Part shown: positions 39,377 to 53,985 of the stretch, piece by piece
Layout: the number at the start of each line of letters is the position of its first letter
Position numbering within the stretch: position 1 is the first letter of the stretch
NCBI GenBank assembly: GCA_951406725.2
Contig: OX597822.1
Coordinates: forward strand, 111,290,001-111,354,000
DNA: 64,000 bases
Direction: 5' to 3'
Source of the DNA: Octopus vulgaris
Lineage: Eukaryota
Notes under the pieces: generated by a model
What the model saw: only the letters and a program-made list of their open reading frames with translations
Told to the model about the DNA's origin: nothing
Database searches by the model: none
Program-made: the position numbers and the translations under genes

Positions 39377-39779
39377 TAGTTATCGCCATACTAATATGGC
39401 AGTCTTATAAATATAAGACTAAAGCTGTAGCTGATTAGCTCCAAGAGGCCACCGCCTCTAGCTAGCTATTTGACACACAACCTGCGTCCATTACAAACCT
39501 TCGAACAGGGGAGGTCAGCCGCTTCATCCTGCTAGTCAGACAGCTGCAGACATGTTTCAGGGTTGTTGCCCTTTATCAATGCAGCGTAGTCAGACCCGCA
39601 GGTGTCGCTACTGACCGTCTCTGTTCGAAGATTTTATTTACCTAGTTACAGTGGAATACATCCACTTGTTTTCAATAATAGAAATATTAAAATTACTAAG
39701 TCTCTCTAAAGGAGACTACGGCAGCGTTACTGGAAATTAATAGTTATCGCCATACTAATATGGCAGTCTTATAAATATA
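39377..39779 (-). mobile_element. Non-autonomous 364-bp unit with a 39-bp terminal direct repeat and a hammerhead (retrozyme- or pLTR-like)
   Basis: tagttatcgccatactaatatggcagtcttataaatata occurs at 39377 and 39741; minus-strand HHR at 39543-39585: gctgca-TTGATAA-aggg caacaa ccct-GAAA-CATG-TC-tgcagc. Confidence 0.7.
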
Positions 39780-39781
39780 TA

Positions 39782-39840
<59 letters not shown>

Positions 39841-40499
39841 GGGGTAGAGCAAACCTTCTTCCACTAGGTACCCTACAATGAGTTTGAAACCAGGACTGTT
39901 TAACTTCGAAATTCATAAACCCACAACCATACAGAAAGCTCAGATATGTTACATATGATATATTACGTGTGGATTACATTAATAAGATATATTATATATG
40001 AATTGACTATCATTTTTTAAGAATATATTCAGATGAAAGAAATGTAGATGGATTATTAATGGCAATGAATAATATATGAGAAAATCATTAGCCTCGTTTA
40101 TACTGTGAACCATACACCTTTTGTGTTTGTCTGTGTGTGAATTTTTTGTTATTGATATACTAAGTTATTACAATAAAGTGTGATATATTAGATCAATATC
40201 TATTTCTAGATTCAGCAGTGTAAATCAAATAATATGTAACAGATATATCAAAGGTAACTTTTTCTCAGGCGAATCCACACTTACACCCTTAAAGGCAACA
40301 AATATTTTGCCGAGCCCTTTCATCTGCCCGCTACGTACAAAGCCATAAAGAAAAATCTGTTTTGTAGCGATCGAAATATACTGCTATTTATATCGACTAT
40401 AAACAAAGCGACGATGGCGGTTTTGAACTGATGTTTTATCAGGGGTGAATATTGTTCGCTATTTTCTCGACCTTAAAAGAACGTAAATATTTATTGCAA

Positions 40500-41765
40500 A
40501 TTTTGGGACAAAGTCAGTAATTTTGAGACTAGGGAAGTCGATTAAATTGAACCTATTGACCAACTGCTACGTATTTTATCGGTCACTAAAGAATAAAATT
40601 GCAATCTGACCTCAACGGGATTTGAACTCAGAGAATAAACATCCAGAAAAGCAATCATGAACCTGTTCTACGCACAAATTATTAATACTACTCCAAATTT
40701 TGCACAAGCCTATCAATATAGGTTTCATGGCCAGCTATTTCACTTAAGACAAGGCGGCGAGCTGGCAGAAACGTTGGCACACTGGGCAAAATGCTTAGTG
40801 GTATTTCGTCTGTCGTTACGTTCTGAGTTCAAATTCCGCCGAGATCGACTTTGCCTTTCATCCTTTCGGGGTCGATTAAATAAGTACCAGTTATGCACTG
40901 GGGTCGATATAATCGACTCAATCCGTTTGTCTGTCCTTGTTTGTCCCCTCTATGTTTAGCCCCTTGTGGGCAGTAAAGAAATATATTTCACTTAAGAGGT
41001 TAAATCGATTAGAGCAACTAGCAATTATTTTATCTACTTCGAATGGGTGAAAGGCAAAGTCGACGTCGGTGAGATTTGAACTCAGAATGTAAAAGGGGGT
41101 GAAATGCCGCTAAGTATTTTGCCCGGCGTGCTAACGGGTCTTCCATCTCACCGCCTTTCAAAGCTATGAATCTTAAGGGAAAGGAAGACAGCGAGCTTGG
41201 AAGAATTGATAGCACGTTGGCCAAAATGCTTAACGGTATGTCGTCCAATTTAACAAGCTAGCAGAAACGTTAGTACTTCGGGCGAAATGCTTAGCGGTAT
41301 TTCGTCTGCCGCTACGTTCTGAGATCAAATTCCGCTGAGGTCGACTTTGCCTTTAATCCTTTCGGGGTCGATACATTAAGTGCCAGTTACGCACAGGGGT
41401 CGATATAATCGACTTAATCCGTCTGTCTGTCCTTGTTTGTCCTCTCTGTGTTTAGCCCCTTGTGGGTAGTAAAGAAATAGGTATGTCGTTCAATTTTACG
41501 TTCTAAATTCAAATTCCGCCGGGATAGAGTTTGCCTTTTTGCCTTTCGAGGTCGATAAAATAAGCATCAGTTGATGTAATCGACCCCAGTTTTCCTGGCC
41601 TTGTGTTAAAATTTGAAATTAATATTAAGGGAGAGGAAGGAGGCGATCTGGCAGAATCGTTAGCGCGATGCGCAAAATGCTTAGCGGGATTTCGTCCGGC
41701 TTTATGTTCCGAGTTCAAATTCGTCTGAGGTCGACTTTCATCCTTTCCAAGTCGATAAGATAAGC
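40500..41765. mobile_element. Cluster of SINE family A copies (~40500-40640 -, 40751-40982 +, 41030-41158 -, 41189-41482 +, 41485-41620 +, 41640-41762 +)
   Basis: Repeated family A head and core motifs in both orientations. Confidence 0.8.
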
Positions 41766-42139
41766 AGCAGAATTGCGGTACTTGTGTAAAAATCTGAAAT
41801 ATTAGGGGAGAGATTTAGTCGAATACATCGACCACATTCTTTAACTGATTCTGCAGAAAAAAAAAACGCATTTTAAAATTTTAATTTCCACCTCCCCAAC
41901 CCCCACCCTCCAAATACTTCAATTTTCCATTTTTTTCAAATATTTTTGTTTTGCGAAATAGCTAGAAAAATACGGAGATTATTCTCCACATTTTTCTACG
42001 TATTTCGGCAAAAAATTAAAAATTTTAAATGCCGTTTCTTTTCTGGCAGAATTGGAATCTCCGTACTGGAAAATGGGAGATTCTGTAAAAAAAAAAAAAG
42101 GAACAAAACCGAATGGGGGTGCGGTCCACATTCTTTACG

Positions 42140-44662
42140 TTCGCCTGCTATATCTATGATCCAGTATCGTTTGCTTGCTTTCTCAATTAACACTATATCT
42201 CGCTTTCCATTCTCTATCCCATGGACTCATAGACGCACTAAATTATAAAATCTCATAGGATCTTTGGATTATCATTTTCGATGATGACTTCAGGTTTATG
42301 TTCGTACCAATTTTTAGCTCTGTCAAGTCCATACTTGTTGCAAAGTGTCCAATGGACAATCCTGCTATACTGTCATGACACGTCTTATATACTTTCTTGG
42401 CTAGTGGCGTACATTGACTGGTAATATGCCATTCGGTTTCACATTTTGTCCACAAATTCTGCACTTATCACTTCCTGATGTGTTGCCTAATCTGTATTTG
42501 ATGTAATTGGTTCTTAATGCATGCTCTTTGTCAGCACAGATTAGTGCCTTCTTTTCCGGTTTTAAATCACTCTTAGTCATCCATAACCATTTTTTAATCC
42601 TCTGCCTGACTAATCTTAATCCCTATGAATTTTTCCATACATTCTTTTCTTTATTCACATATATACAGTTTCATTCATTCTCAATTTCTTTTATAGTGCT
42701 TTATCTTTGCAATCTTTCATCCTACAGAAGCCTGACGTTCTTATTTCCAATAATAGCAGTTCTGTGGGATTTTTTTACGTAGCATGCTATGTTATTTTCT
42801 TCTTCTCTAATGCTGTGTTTTGCATCTAATCAGTTTTCTTACTCCTCTTTTTCTTCGCACATATAGTCTGTCTGTGTCACTTTTTGGATGGAGTATTCCA
42901 TAGCTAGTCAGCAACTTCCTTGCCTTTCTGTCTAAGCTGTTTAGTTCGTCTACTGTCCATGCGATTACCCCTGCTTCAAATTTAAGGAATGAAACCGCAC
43001 AGGTGTTGATAGCTTCAAATTTATTCCGTCCCTTTAATTTCGACTTATGGATCAGTCTCCATCTGCGCAATTACTCCACTTTTTCTGTCATTTATTTCTT
43101 CATCAATCTATCCATTTCCAAGTACTTATAGCCCGTCTCTCCTATCTACTTCGTAACCTACCCCGACGGTACCGCTAGGCCGTCCATACATTTGATTTTG
43201 CATCTCTTCGAGACTAACTCACCACACTTTTTCAGTCCAAACTCCATTCTGATATCAGTACTGAAAGTATACACCATATCAACGAGGTAAGTGAATTGGA
43301 ATTCATTTTACCATAAAGTTTGACGTCATCCATGAATAAAAAGTGGTTGACTTTTTGTTAGTAACTCTAGAATACATACCCAGCCTTTGCTTTCCTCAAA
43401 ATCAGTGTTAGTGATATAATGCACAGTTCAAAGATCAGTGGGAACAGGCAGTCCCCTTGGAAGATACCCCTCCTGATTTCTATTTACCTAAACATTTTCC
43501 ATATACTGTCAGTTCCGCCCTCCATTTTGCTATACTTTTTCCAAGCAATCGCTCAACTTTCGATGCAATACCAAATAGGTTCATAATTCCATAATCCAAG
43601 AATATGAGATCACATCGTACTCCTTACAATAATCGATCCACGAGTATTCTGTTTTCGACTGACTACTGTTTGTTTCAGATCTTGCAACCATTCAGCATCC
43701 TTCTTGTGCTCCTAGTTTTTGCTTCAGATGTCACTTCAAAACTTTTGACTTTCAATCTTAACTGGTATCAACTTTTCATTCGTACACTCTCCATCTATTT
43801 CTATGTAGAATCTCTTCTGATCTACTCTGAATAGCCTATTCTGCAGGTATCCCTTCATTCTTTGGTCGTATCTTACCATCTTTACTTTCTTTGCAACGAG
43901 GCACTGTTTCAGTCCCTCCATTATCATCTTCAGGTCCTTTCTTTCAATATCATATTTCCTGTTCAGTGCCCCGTACTTTTGTTCGCTTTTAAGCTACCCC
44001 TTCTCTTTTCGTTCTAACACAGAAATGTCCTTCGGGAGCATATCTAGCTCTCACTGTATTCGTCTTTTCCAGCACGGATCTTTACATTTATCTCTCCAAT
44101 GATTTTTCTTTACATTAACACCCACGTTTTCTGCTACAACAATATTTTCCGTCTTGATCAAATTATTTGTTTCTGTGACGTTTTTTTTGTTCTGTTGTAT
44201 TTTAGAATTTCATTCACGTTTTTCATTTCTTGGTTCAATTTCCACCGATCAACGTTATTAATGCTACAAATAATGCCCTTATCAATCTCCTGTAACCTTT
44301 CCTTTATTCTGTCATAGATTGCTTTTTGACAATCTGTCATGTCACCATTTTATTGTCTTCTTCCAAACCATCTATATGTCTTTCATCGAGCTATCACTGT
44401 TCCTTTCCAGTGGTTTATTACAGATTTCACCTCTGTTTCCTGATGTGAGATTACTTTTATCAGTAGGAACTGCATTTTCATCGTTTCCTCTACAGCTGTT
44501 TTCCAACACCCGTCTTTTGATAGCTTCGGGCTCTACTTCTGTGAATCAACGATTTTTTTTCTTATTGCTCTCGTTTGATCACATAATCTAGGTTCCGTGA
44601 GTTGAAGCAATCCTCTTTCTCTCCATTGGTCAGACCTCGTCGTCGGTATCCCCTAATATGAA
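42140..44662 (-). mobile_element. Decayed R4/Dong-clade non-LTR retrotransposon (copy 1)
   Basis: N-terminal RGYRRR...WRERG...TEPRLCDQ; QNRLFRVDQKRFY; RT GIFQGD.LFPL and FMDD; KSKL.GRNKFEAINT...LHPKSDTDRLYV.RK.G; a CCHC region (ETEWHITSQC); REL-type DIVLIEK...IIDIA. Confidence 0.85.
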
Positions 44663-44667
44663 CACCA

Positions 44668-44724
<57 letters not shown>

Positions 44725-44763
44725 CATCATCATCATCATCATCATTATTATCATTATTATTAT
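44668..44763. repeat. (ATT)n/(ATC)n tract separating the two R4/Dong copies
   Basis: Read directly; it is the (TAA)n tail of copy 2 on the minus strand. Confidence 0.9.
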
Positions 44764-47162
44764 TCAGTAGTCTTATTTTTATCAAGTGTTCTCACTGCAC
44801 ACTGTATTTAAAGTGCTTTACGTAGCATGTCCGCGGTGTATAGTAGTGCTATTTTCTGTATGTTATATGCATTTGCATGTCCTGGTGTTTTGGTTATGTA
44901 TTTGTCTGTCTTTTGTTTTATCATACCTAATGCACGTATTATTATAGGAATTGTTTCTGTTTCTAGGTTCCACATTCGAGTTGCCTCTATTTCCAGATCT
45001 TTGTATTTTTAATGTTTCTCCGTTTCTTTTAAAGATACCTTGTCATCTGTTGGTATTGGTACATCGATGAGAAGGCGCTTCTTCTTGGTCATCTCTGACA
45101 ACTATATCCGGATAATTACCTTGATTTCTCTGTGTGTGGCATCTCCCAGAGTATAGCTGCTTTCTTACCTTCTGGGATCTTTTGTGGGGTGTGCCTATAC
45201 CATCTCTTTTTCTGTTGTCATTCCATAGTGTTGACATTGCTTCCAGTGTATATCAGTCTCAAATCTGCCATGCCTGCGGTTATATTCCTTTTTAGCCTGG
45301 AATGGGCAACCAGAGACAATATGATTTATTGCTTCTGTTCCATCACCACATATTTCTGCTGTTACTTGTATTATTTTTCATTCTGCATTTTTCGTGATTT
45401 CTGGTGGTAAGGCTTTGATCTTGTGCTGCAATTAAAATCCTTCAGTCTCTGCTTTGAGTTCTGAGAATCTCAACCATTGTTGGAATTTTACTTTGTCTAT
45501 TTCATTTCTGTTATTTGCCATGTAGGGGTCATGTAGGGGCTTTTCTTGTCATCGTTTTATCATGATGCGTTGTTGTTCCAGTTTTACTTCGAATTTCAGT
45601 TGTTTTACAGCTTTTTTTGTTTCTTCTTTTTCTTCATAATTGCCAGGCACTATGACTTCTTTCTTGTATTTTTCAGGTTCCTTAAAGGTAAAAAACACTT
45701 TTCTGTTTTGTTCGTGTTTTGTGGCTATTTGTACTCATTTTCCTTGCTTCTGAATTACGTATTTCTATGTTCCTATGGTGGTTATTTTATAATAGTTTTC
45801 TACCTGTATAAGCCCTCTACCACCTTCAATAAATTGTATATATAACCGTTCTATGTCAGATTTTGGGTGCTGCATCCTAAATTCTGTCAATATTTTTCTT
45901 GTTTACCTATTTATTTTCATTAGTTCATTTAGAGTCCAATTAAGAATATTGTAGTTTATGAGTGGGAAAGCTAGAGTGTTGATACGTATTTTCGTGTATT
46001 TCGCACTGAGCTGTGTTTTCCGTATTAATCTAACTCGTGTATAGTATCACTTCCGTATCTTCTCTTGCGTTTGTTTTGTAACGTATCTAGTTAACTGATT
46101 CCTAAATATTTGTATGTCTGGCTTTTGTCTAATTGCATTTGCTTTATCTGGTGTGATATTGTTATTCTCTACTAGTTTTCCTCTTTTCAAGGTTGCTTTG
46201 GCACATTTTTCTAAGCCAAATTTCGTGCATATTTCTTTGGTAAATACATGTGCTGTCTGTATTAATATTTCCAGCTGTTTGACATTTGCAGTATACAGTT
46301 TTAGACCATCCATATACCAGCGGTGGTTGATTGCTTTGCTGTAACAGTTGTATCCACATCCAGTTCTGTTTAACATGTTGTATAAAGGTGGCAGTGCCAA
46401 GCAGGAAAGAAGGGGATAGAGCATGTCTCCCTGGAATATTTCTCTTCTAATCGAGATGGATTTGGGTTTTATTAGTCCTTCTTTTGACTGGAGATCTTGC
46501 ACTGTTTTCAATTTATTTACGTAATGTTTTATACATTTTATGATTATTGGTGTTAACTGGTCCATGTTTTTAGGATCCATGTATGAGGAATACTATCAAA
46601 AACATTTCGATAGTCGATCCAAGCCATGCTTAGACTCTTCTTTCATCGGCGGTTTTCTATTATGGCTTTATTGATCAATAGCTGACCTTTACATCTACAT
46701 GACCCCTCGCAGCATCCATTCTGCCCTTCTAGTAACAGGTTGTTCTGTTCCAGATGTTTTCCCATTCTCTGAGACATTATTGCAGTTAAGGCTCTGTAAA
46801 TTATAGGGAGACAAGTTATCGGTCTGTAGTTTTGCGGGTTTGCTGTTTCAGTGGGTTTCCAGTTTTCCTTTCCATGTGTCATTCAGGCATTGTCTCTAGC
46901 TATACTGGTATCTCATTGAGTTTCTCTGCCAGCCTTTTATGTATCCATGTTAGATATTTTAACCAGAAATTGGCGATCTTGTCTTGCTCGGGGGCCTTCC
47001 AGTTTTTGCAGTGCTTGGGTGATCTGTTCTGTTGTTATAGGAGTCCAGGGTCTTTCAGGTGCTGAGTTTGATATTTTGATAGATCTTTGCTGAGGTTGTT
47101 CTTTCGATGACCATATTTCTTTCCAAAATTCTTCCAGTTCTGCTGTTGCTTCTGCATTGATC
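44764..47162 (-). mobile_element. 5'-truncated decayed R4/Dong-clade element (copy 2)
   Basis: PQNYRPITCLP, Q.GC..GS..CK.QLLINKAI, IRREIFQGD.LYPL, YMDGLKLY, KFGLEKCA, PDIVVRD, and C-terminal IQKIALL.TA.MLRKAL*. Confidence 0.85.
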
Positions 47163-47164
47163 AC

Positions 47165-47420
47165 TCTTCTCCTTCTTCTTCTCCCCTCTTCCTCATCCTT
47201 CTTTTTCTTCTCCTCCCCCTCCCATCCTCATCCTCCTTCTTCTTCTCCCCCTCCCCCTCCTCCTTCCTCTTCTTCTCCCCTCCTCCTCCTCCTCTCCCTC
47301 CACCTTCCTCCCCCTCATTCTTCTCCTGCTCCTGCTCCTCCTTCTTCTTCTCCCCCTCTTCCTTCTTCTTCTTCTTCTTCTTCTCCCCCTCCTCCTTCTC
47401 CTTCTTCGTTTTCTTCTTCT
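47165..47420. repeat. Polypyrimidine (CCT/TTC)n low-complexity tract
   Basis: Read directly; a similar tract lies at 24395-24587. Confidence 0.9.
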
Positions 47421-50006
47421 TGGGAGAGACGCGCATGTAATAAAAGTGACGCTGGGCGTATACCCATCAGGGCTACCTGTTCGGTATGATAGGGGTACAT
47501 CAGGCACATGTATCACAACCTTACGTGCGTGACATGGTGATATCATATCAAGATTAACAGCACATGACCTTGCAGGTGGGGGGTCCAGCTAGAATTTCTG
47601 TTCATGTTGAGTATCCCATCCAGCTCAAAAGGTCCATGAAAATGAGTTGTTTAAGTATGATAAATAAAACACTTTTGTTTCTAGAGGCGAATTATTCAAA
47701 TCCCGTTATAGTTAGGGCTGCCGTTAAAGCGGATGCTGAAGTATAGAGATTTCTGGAATGATACAGAGAAATAGAAGCATGATGTAATCTAAGAAGAATA
47801 AGAATACTGCAAGAAATGTAAATGAAGCAGAAGAATAAGATTGGAAAGAGCATGAAGCAGAAAGAGATAAATTATACTGAAAAGTGATGGAAAAAATCAC
47901 AATATGTTTGACGGGTGCTACGTCAGTACAATAATATCATGCCGGAGTAGATTAAAAAAGATTTTTTGTATACTCACGCATAATTTCCATGCTTTTATGA
48001 ATAAATAAGTTTGGCAATGTAAAAGATACAGATTTATAGATAGATTTACATGGGAAGGAAAGAGGGGGTAACCAATTTGAGAATTATCTTCAGAAAATTA
48101 TTTCTTCAAGATTGTTTTCTGTTAGGGTTTTATTCATTTTAAAAATGAAGGAAAATCCATGGGTAAAACATTCTTCAATTCCTAGTATCTTTTTAATTTC
48201 CTTTAATTTGCATAGGTTGTTTCCGAATATACAGCAGATCTTCATTTTCTCTGGTAGCTAGCTGTGCATATAACAAAATTACATTTTGCCATTTCGAATC
48301 TCACATAAATCTATAGCTACTGATTTCGTGAACATTTTAGATTTCATCGAATGCATTGTGCAGTATACCGCTATTCAACATATATTAAATTGCACTCAAT
48401 CATTCTTGCTTCTGGTACGCTTAGTTCATAATAGAACTTGGAAATACGTTTGCTACTGAAATTGTCTCAGGAGAGAATTTCTCCTTAAGGAAAATGTGCG
48501 TGAAAAAACACACCACCGTTCCCTTTCATATTTCAATGTTGCTTCTGCACTTCTACTTATATCCAGCTTAACTAAGCATTACACAAATCTCCAAATTTAC
48601 TATTTCCATTTAATTTATAAAGAAGGCAATTTTAAGTGAACGGAGGAAACACTTACGAGCTCTAGGTCTGATTACGTCATTCACGACCCAGCGGAAGGTT
48701 TTTCATACATATTGTCTACAAGGAGTTTTCTCTAATGTGGCAATTTCCGCGACGGTCTTTCCACGTTTCAGTATACATGAACGTACTAAATTATACTTCT
48801 ACACACCAGTATATCAATAAACCTGTTTCTATAGTTAATATTTCATTTATATGTTCGTCGTGTTTTTGTTCTATTCTCATGATGCTTTGGATATTACATA
48901 AAGTATTCGAGAATAGATAGGCCAGATTATTATTGGATTTATATTGATTTTTGCCACATTTTAAAATATGTTTAAGGGTTATTTTCTTTCGTGTATTAAT
49001 TGTTCATATGTTGCTATACTGATATTTTGAATAAAAATTTATCGCCGAAGCTCGTCAATTCAATGACCTTGGACCGATAACAAATTATAAACGAACACAA
49101 TATAAAATAGGTTTAGGTTACAGATCTATTTGTAGTTATGTGTCTAACTAAATGTTCCAATGTGTCTGTTTACGTCATAGGAATTATTATTAGTATTCCA
49201 GTACTTAATGGTGTGTTTGTATATATTTGACCATTACAACTAAAATATTTTGTAAGATATTTGGTAAGATAGACAGATAACTAGTGTGACGGCTTGATTA
49301 TTCAGCAAAATAGATTACTTTTGTCCTTTGATATTTTGGATTTAACTTTACTCAGACATAAATGTTAGGCATTTCAAACATATGTCAGCCGTAATTAACA
49401 CAAGATTGGTTTTCTAGCGCCACTTAGAAAAATTATCTATGCTCAAATTTTCAATCAGATGAAATAAAGTTTGTTATCAATGTGAAAACAAACATGATTG
49501 TAGGATAATAATCAAACAGCTTCTAAAACTAACACTTTGATGTCTACTTGTAACTACATTATATTCATTTGCCATTATTTTTACAGAATATAAACATTAG
49601 ATTATATTTTATGTAATGGAGACGAATAATAATATGAAGAAGGACTGGCAAGTACTTCCCTACAGATTTTGGCACATACGATTTTCAATTTTGGAAGCCG
49701 AATCAAAATGATACATCGATACTGTGATATTACAGTCAAATTGTTTGTTTAACTTTAATATATGTATCATTAACATCCGTATCATATCTCACGTAAATGA
49801 TGAGCATAGTTTAGATTCAAAATCGAAGGACATATAAAATAGAAAATAATGATTTACTTTTAGAGATATAATCAGGATTCAGAATTATTTAAATCTTACG
49901 TTTGCATATATGAAAAGATTAAACGGATATAGTAGAAATGAAGGCTAATGCATAGCAAAAGAGAAACAGCAACAATGAATTTCTTCCACAATTTGCATTA
50001 AATGTA

Positions 50007-50228
50007 TTTACTATTTTACTTGTTTCAGTCATTTGACTGCGGCCATGCTGAAGCACCACCTTTTAGTCGAGCAAATCAACCCAGGACTTATTCTTTGTAA
50101 GCCTAGAACTTATTCTATTGGTCTCTTTTGCTGAAATGCTAAGTTACGGGGACGTAAACACACCAGCATCGATTGCCCAGCGATGTTGGGGGACAAACAC
50201 AGACACACAAACATATACACACACACGC

Positions 50229-50259
<31 letters not shown>

Positions 50260-50416
50260 CGACAGGCTTCTTTCAGTTTCCGTCTACCGAGTCTACTCAC
50301 AAGGCTTTGGTCGGCCCGGGGCTATAGTAGAAGACACTTGCCCAAGGTGTCACGCAGTGGGACTGAACCCGGAACCATGTGATTGGTAAGCAAGCTACTT
50401 GCCACACAGCCACTCC
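50007..50416 (-). mobile_element. SINE family B, full length
   Basis: Reverse complement of the family B consensus. Confidence 0.9.
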
Positions 50417-50888
50417 AACGACTATTTGGGGACAAATGATGCATTACTTTCAAATGTGTGGTCAAAATACGATTTCAAATGTCTTATGTTTCGCTACTCA
50501 ACTCGCACATTTGTAGTTTTTCTCATTGTTTAAGAAATCTAAAGAATCGGTGCATATATTGACATGTCAATGTCCAGAGGGAGTAACATCAGGTATAAAA
50601 TAGGTTCTGACAATTCCAAGAAACTATGATAGCAGGATTATTCTTCGATAAACATGTCCTTGTAATGCAAACTGGCCAAGAGTTCGAAGCCACTCGCAGT
50701 AATATTCTTGTTCAGGAATATATCTCTCTACCTCCCTCTCACTTTCACTATGTCTGTCTGCTTGCCTGTTTGTCACTCTCTATTTTTCTTCCTCTCTCCC
50801 TTTCTCCAACTGACTGTCTGTCTGTCTCTCTCCCTCTACGTACGCACACACACACACACACATATATATATATGCATATATATATATG

Positions 50889-50928
<40 letters not shown>

Positions 50929-51200
50929 AAGTATATGTATACACACACACATACACACACATACACACACACATACACACACACATACACACACACATAT
51001 ATATATTATAATTACGAGTATAATTATAATTAGGTTTCAACAAAAAAATTGCTTCACCACATACCGAAATTTTTATTTAAGTTTACCGATAATGGTTCTT
51101 TTAACATGCCGAACTACTTGTTAAAATTATTAATTATTAATTAATTAATTAATTTTACCTTTTATTATATATATATATATATATACCGAAAGCCAGGAAC

Positions 51201-51237
51201 ATGTCAACGCCCCCTCATGTATATATGTATATATGTA

Positions 51238-51291
<54 letters not shown>

Positions 51292-51326
51292 CATATATAC
51301 ATATATACATGAGGGGGCGTTGACAT
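51201..51326. repeat. Palindrome centred on a TA-rich microsatellite
   Basis: atgtcaacgccccctcatgtatatatgtatatatgt ... acatatatacatatatacatgagggggcgttgacat. Confidence 0.85.
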
Positions 51327-51329
51327 ATA

Positions 51330-51365
<36 letters not shown>

Positions 51366-51389
51366 TGTGTATGTGTGTATATATCTACA

Positions 51390-51600
51390 GACAATTAAAA
51401 AACAGAAGTAAAGGGAAAGAACGAACGAACGTGTGGACGTAGCACTGTATTAATAAGACCCCCAAAGAAAGAAAACAGTAGTATTTTACCTTTCGAGCAT
51501 AGCTCTTCTTCGGAGACAAGAAGCAGGCAAGTCCAAGGCGAAGCTGAAATAAAAATCAAAAACAATCACGTGGAGTTACATTTTTGAAGTGACCGGAAGT
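51390..51600 (-). mobile_element. Decayed pLTR fragment (family D-like), hammerhead relic at 51484-51517
   Basis: Minus strand reads CCGAAGA-a-gagc tat gctc-GAAA-gg-TA; homologous to 20265-20466. Confidence 0.55.
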
Positions 51601-52831
51601 AGAAAGAAAGAAGAGTAAGTGCTTTCTCGGACAGGCCAGTGTGAAATTAGTCAGTATGTGTGTGTGTGTGTGTATGTGGTAGCGCGTGTGTGTAAATTGT
51701 AGCGTGTGTGCGTGTGGTGATAACTATGTGTGTGCGGTATCGTAGGTGCGTATGGTGGTAACTGCGTGTGCGTGTGTTTTGTGTGCGCGTGTGTATCTTT
51801 CTGTGTGCTATATACAATATAACCCCTGTCTTCTGTTTATTTTGTTCTATAGATAAACGTATACATACATACGTACATATGCATGTATGCATGTATCTAG
51901 AGACATGTGTATTTCTTTATACATTTATGTGCGTATGTGGGTTTATGCGTGTGTGTGTGTGAGGTTATGTGTGTGTGTTCAAACATCTTCTGAAGAGAAA
52001 GAATTGAAACGTGTTTGCTATTGTGATAACTGAATTGTATATTTTGATCAAATTGCCTTGATTATGTCATCTTAATATTGCTGTAGCGATATTTTGACTA
52101 CAATATAGAAATCAATAATTCGTATTGGTCACAAATGTATTGAATGTCGATACTGAAGTGTTTCTTCATTTTAAACTCTGGCAATAGCATAAAAACTTCA
52201 CTACCCTTTCAGATGGCCAATCACCAGAAATATCATGAATATCTAATCACCACCTGTTAGCGTTATTTATTAAACTAGATTGATTATTTCTCAAATGCTG
52301 CACCCTTGTCATCGAGCATTTCATCAGCGAGCTTCGTCCCCCACGAGAAATCATAGAATACTTTGCAATTTTAAAGAACGAATGTATGTTTTGCATTGTA
52401 CATCATTTATAAGTGGTTTTCGGAGGAATTAATTGGACCTAACTTATCATGTTCGTATTGAATTGGCGTTTGAGAGGACAAAGCAGAATGCAGGATGAAA
52501 TGCGTTCGGGAAAAAGAAGCATGCAGCGAAAATGTTCGTGAAAATAAAAACAAATCCACCTGGAATTAATGGCTGCATTGTTGAAAGCTTCGGTAGCAAT
52601 TGTTATGGTGGGATTAAGAGTGGCGCTGGTGAGAACGGCATTAGCAATAGAAGCAATGGATACAAAGTTAGAGAAGTATAATCGATAATAATAATAATAA
52701 CAATACTAATTATAACAACAGCAGCAACAACAACAACAATAATGTTAATGATGATAATAATAATAATAATAATAATAATGCTGATAATAATAATAATAAT
52801 AATAATGATAATAATAATGATGATAATAATA

Positions 52832-52972
52832 TTAGGTTGTCCCAAAAGTTCGTAAACACTTGCGAAAATTGAATTTTTACTCGCCAAGTACTAACAAAAA
52901 CAACAAATATTATTCTTCAAAATCAAGACCATTATTTTCCAAGACTTTCTACGAACTTTTTGGACAACCTTA
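52832..52972. mobile_element. Mariner-type MITE in (TAA)n
   Basis: TIRs ttaggttgtcccaaaagttcgta / tacgaactttttggacaacctta. Confidence 0.8.
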
Positions 52973-53202
52973 TAATAATAATAATAATGATAATAATAAT
53001 AATGATAATAATAATAATAAAAATAATAATAATGATCAAACATTTTTTTTTAGACATTCACTAGTATAACACCAAAAAAAGACCAAATATATGGCACACT
53101 AGGCATAACAACAATATGAACTTGCAACCTGTTGTCTCTTGAGGTCTCTGGGTGAGACTTGGGGCCAACTTGTACAAATATAAAGCAAAAGTCAAACATA
53201 GA

Positions 53203-53745
<543 letters not shown>

Positions 53746-53917
53746 CGTCCGTCTTTACGTTTTGAGTTCAAATTCCAACAAGGTCGACTTAGCGTTTCAT
53801 TCTTTCGTCGCAAATGATACTTAAGCCATCTGTATGAAGTCGTAGATTGGGGACCCACTTCGCCTCCGATTTGATTCAGGTTACATGTATACATACATAC
53901 ATACATACATACATACA

Positions 53918-53951
<34 letters not shown>

Positions 53952-53985
53952 CATATATACATATACACATATACATATATATATA

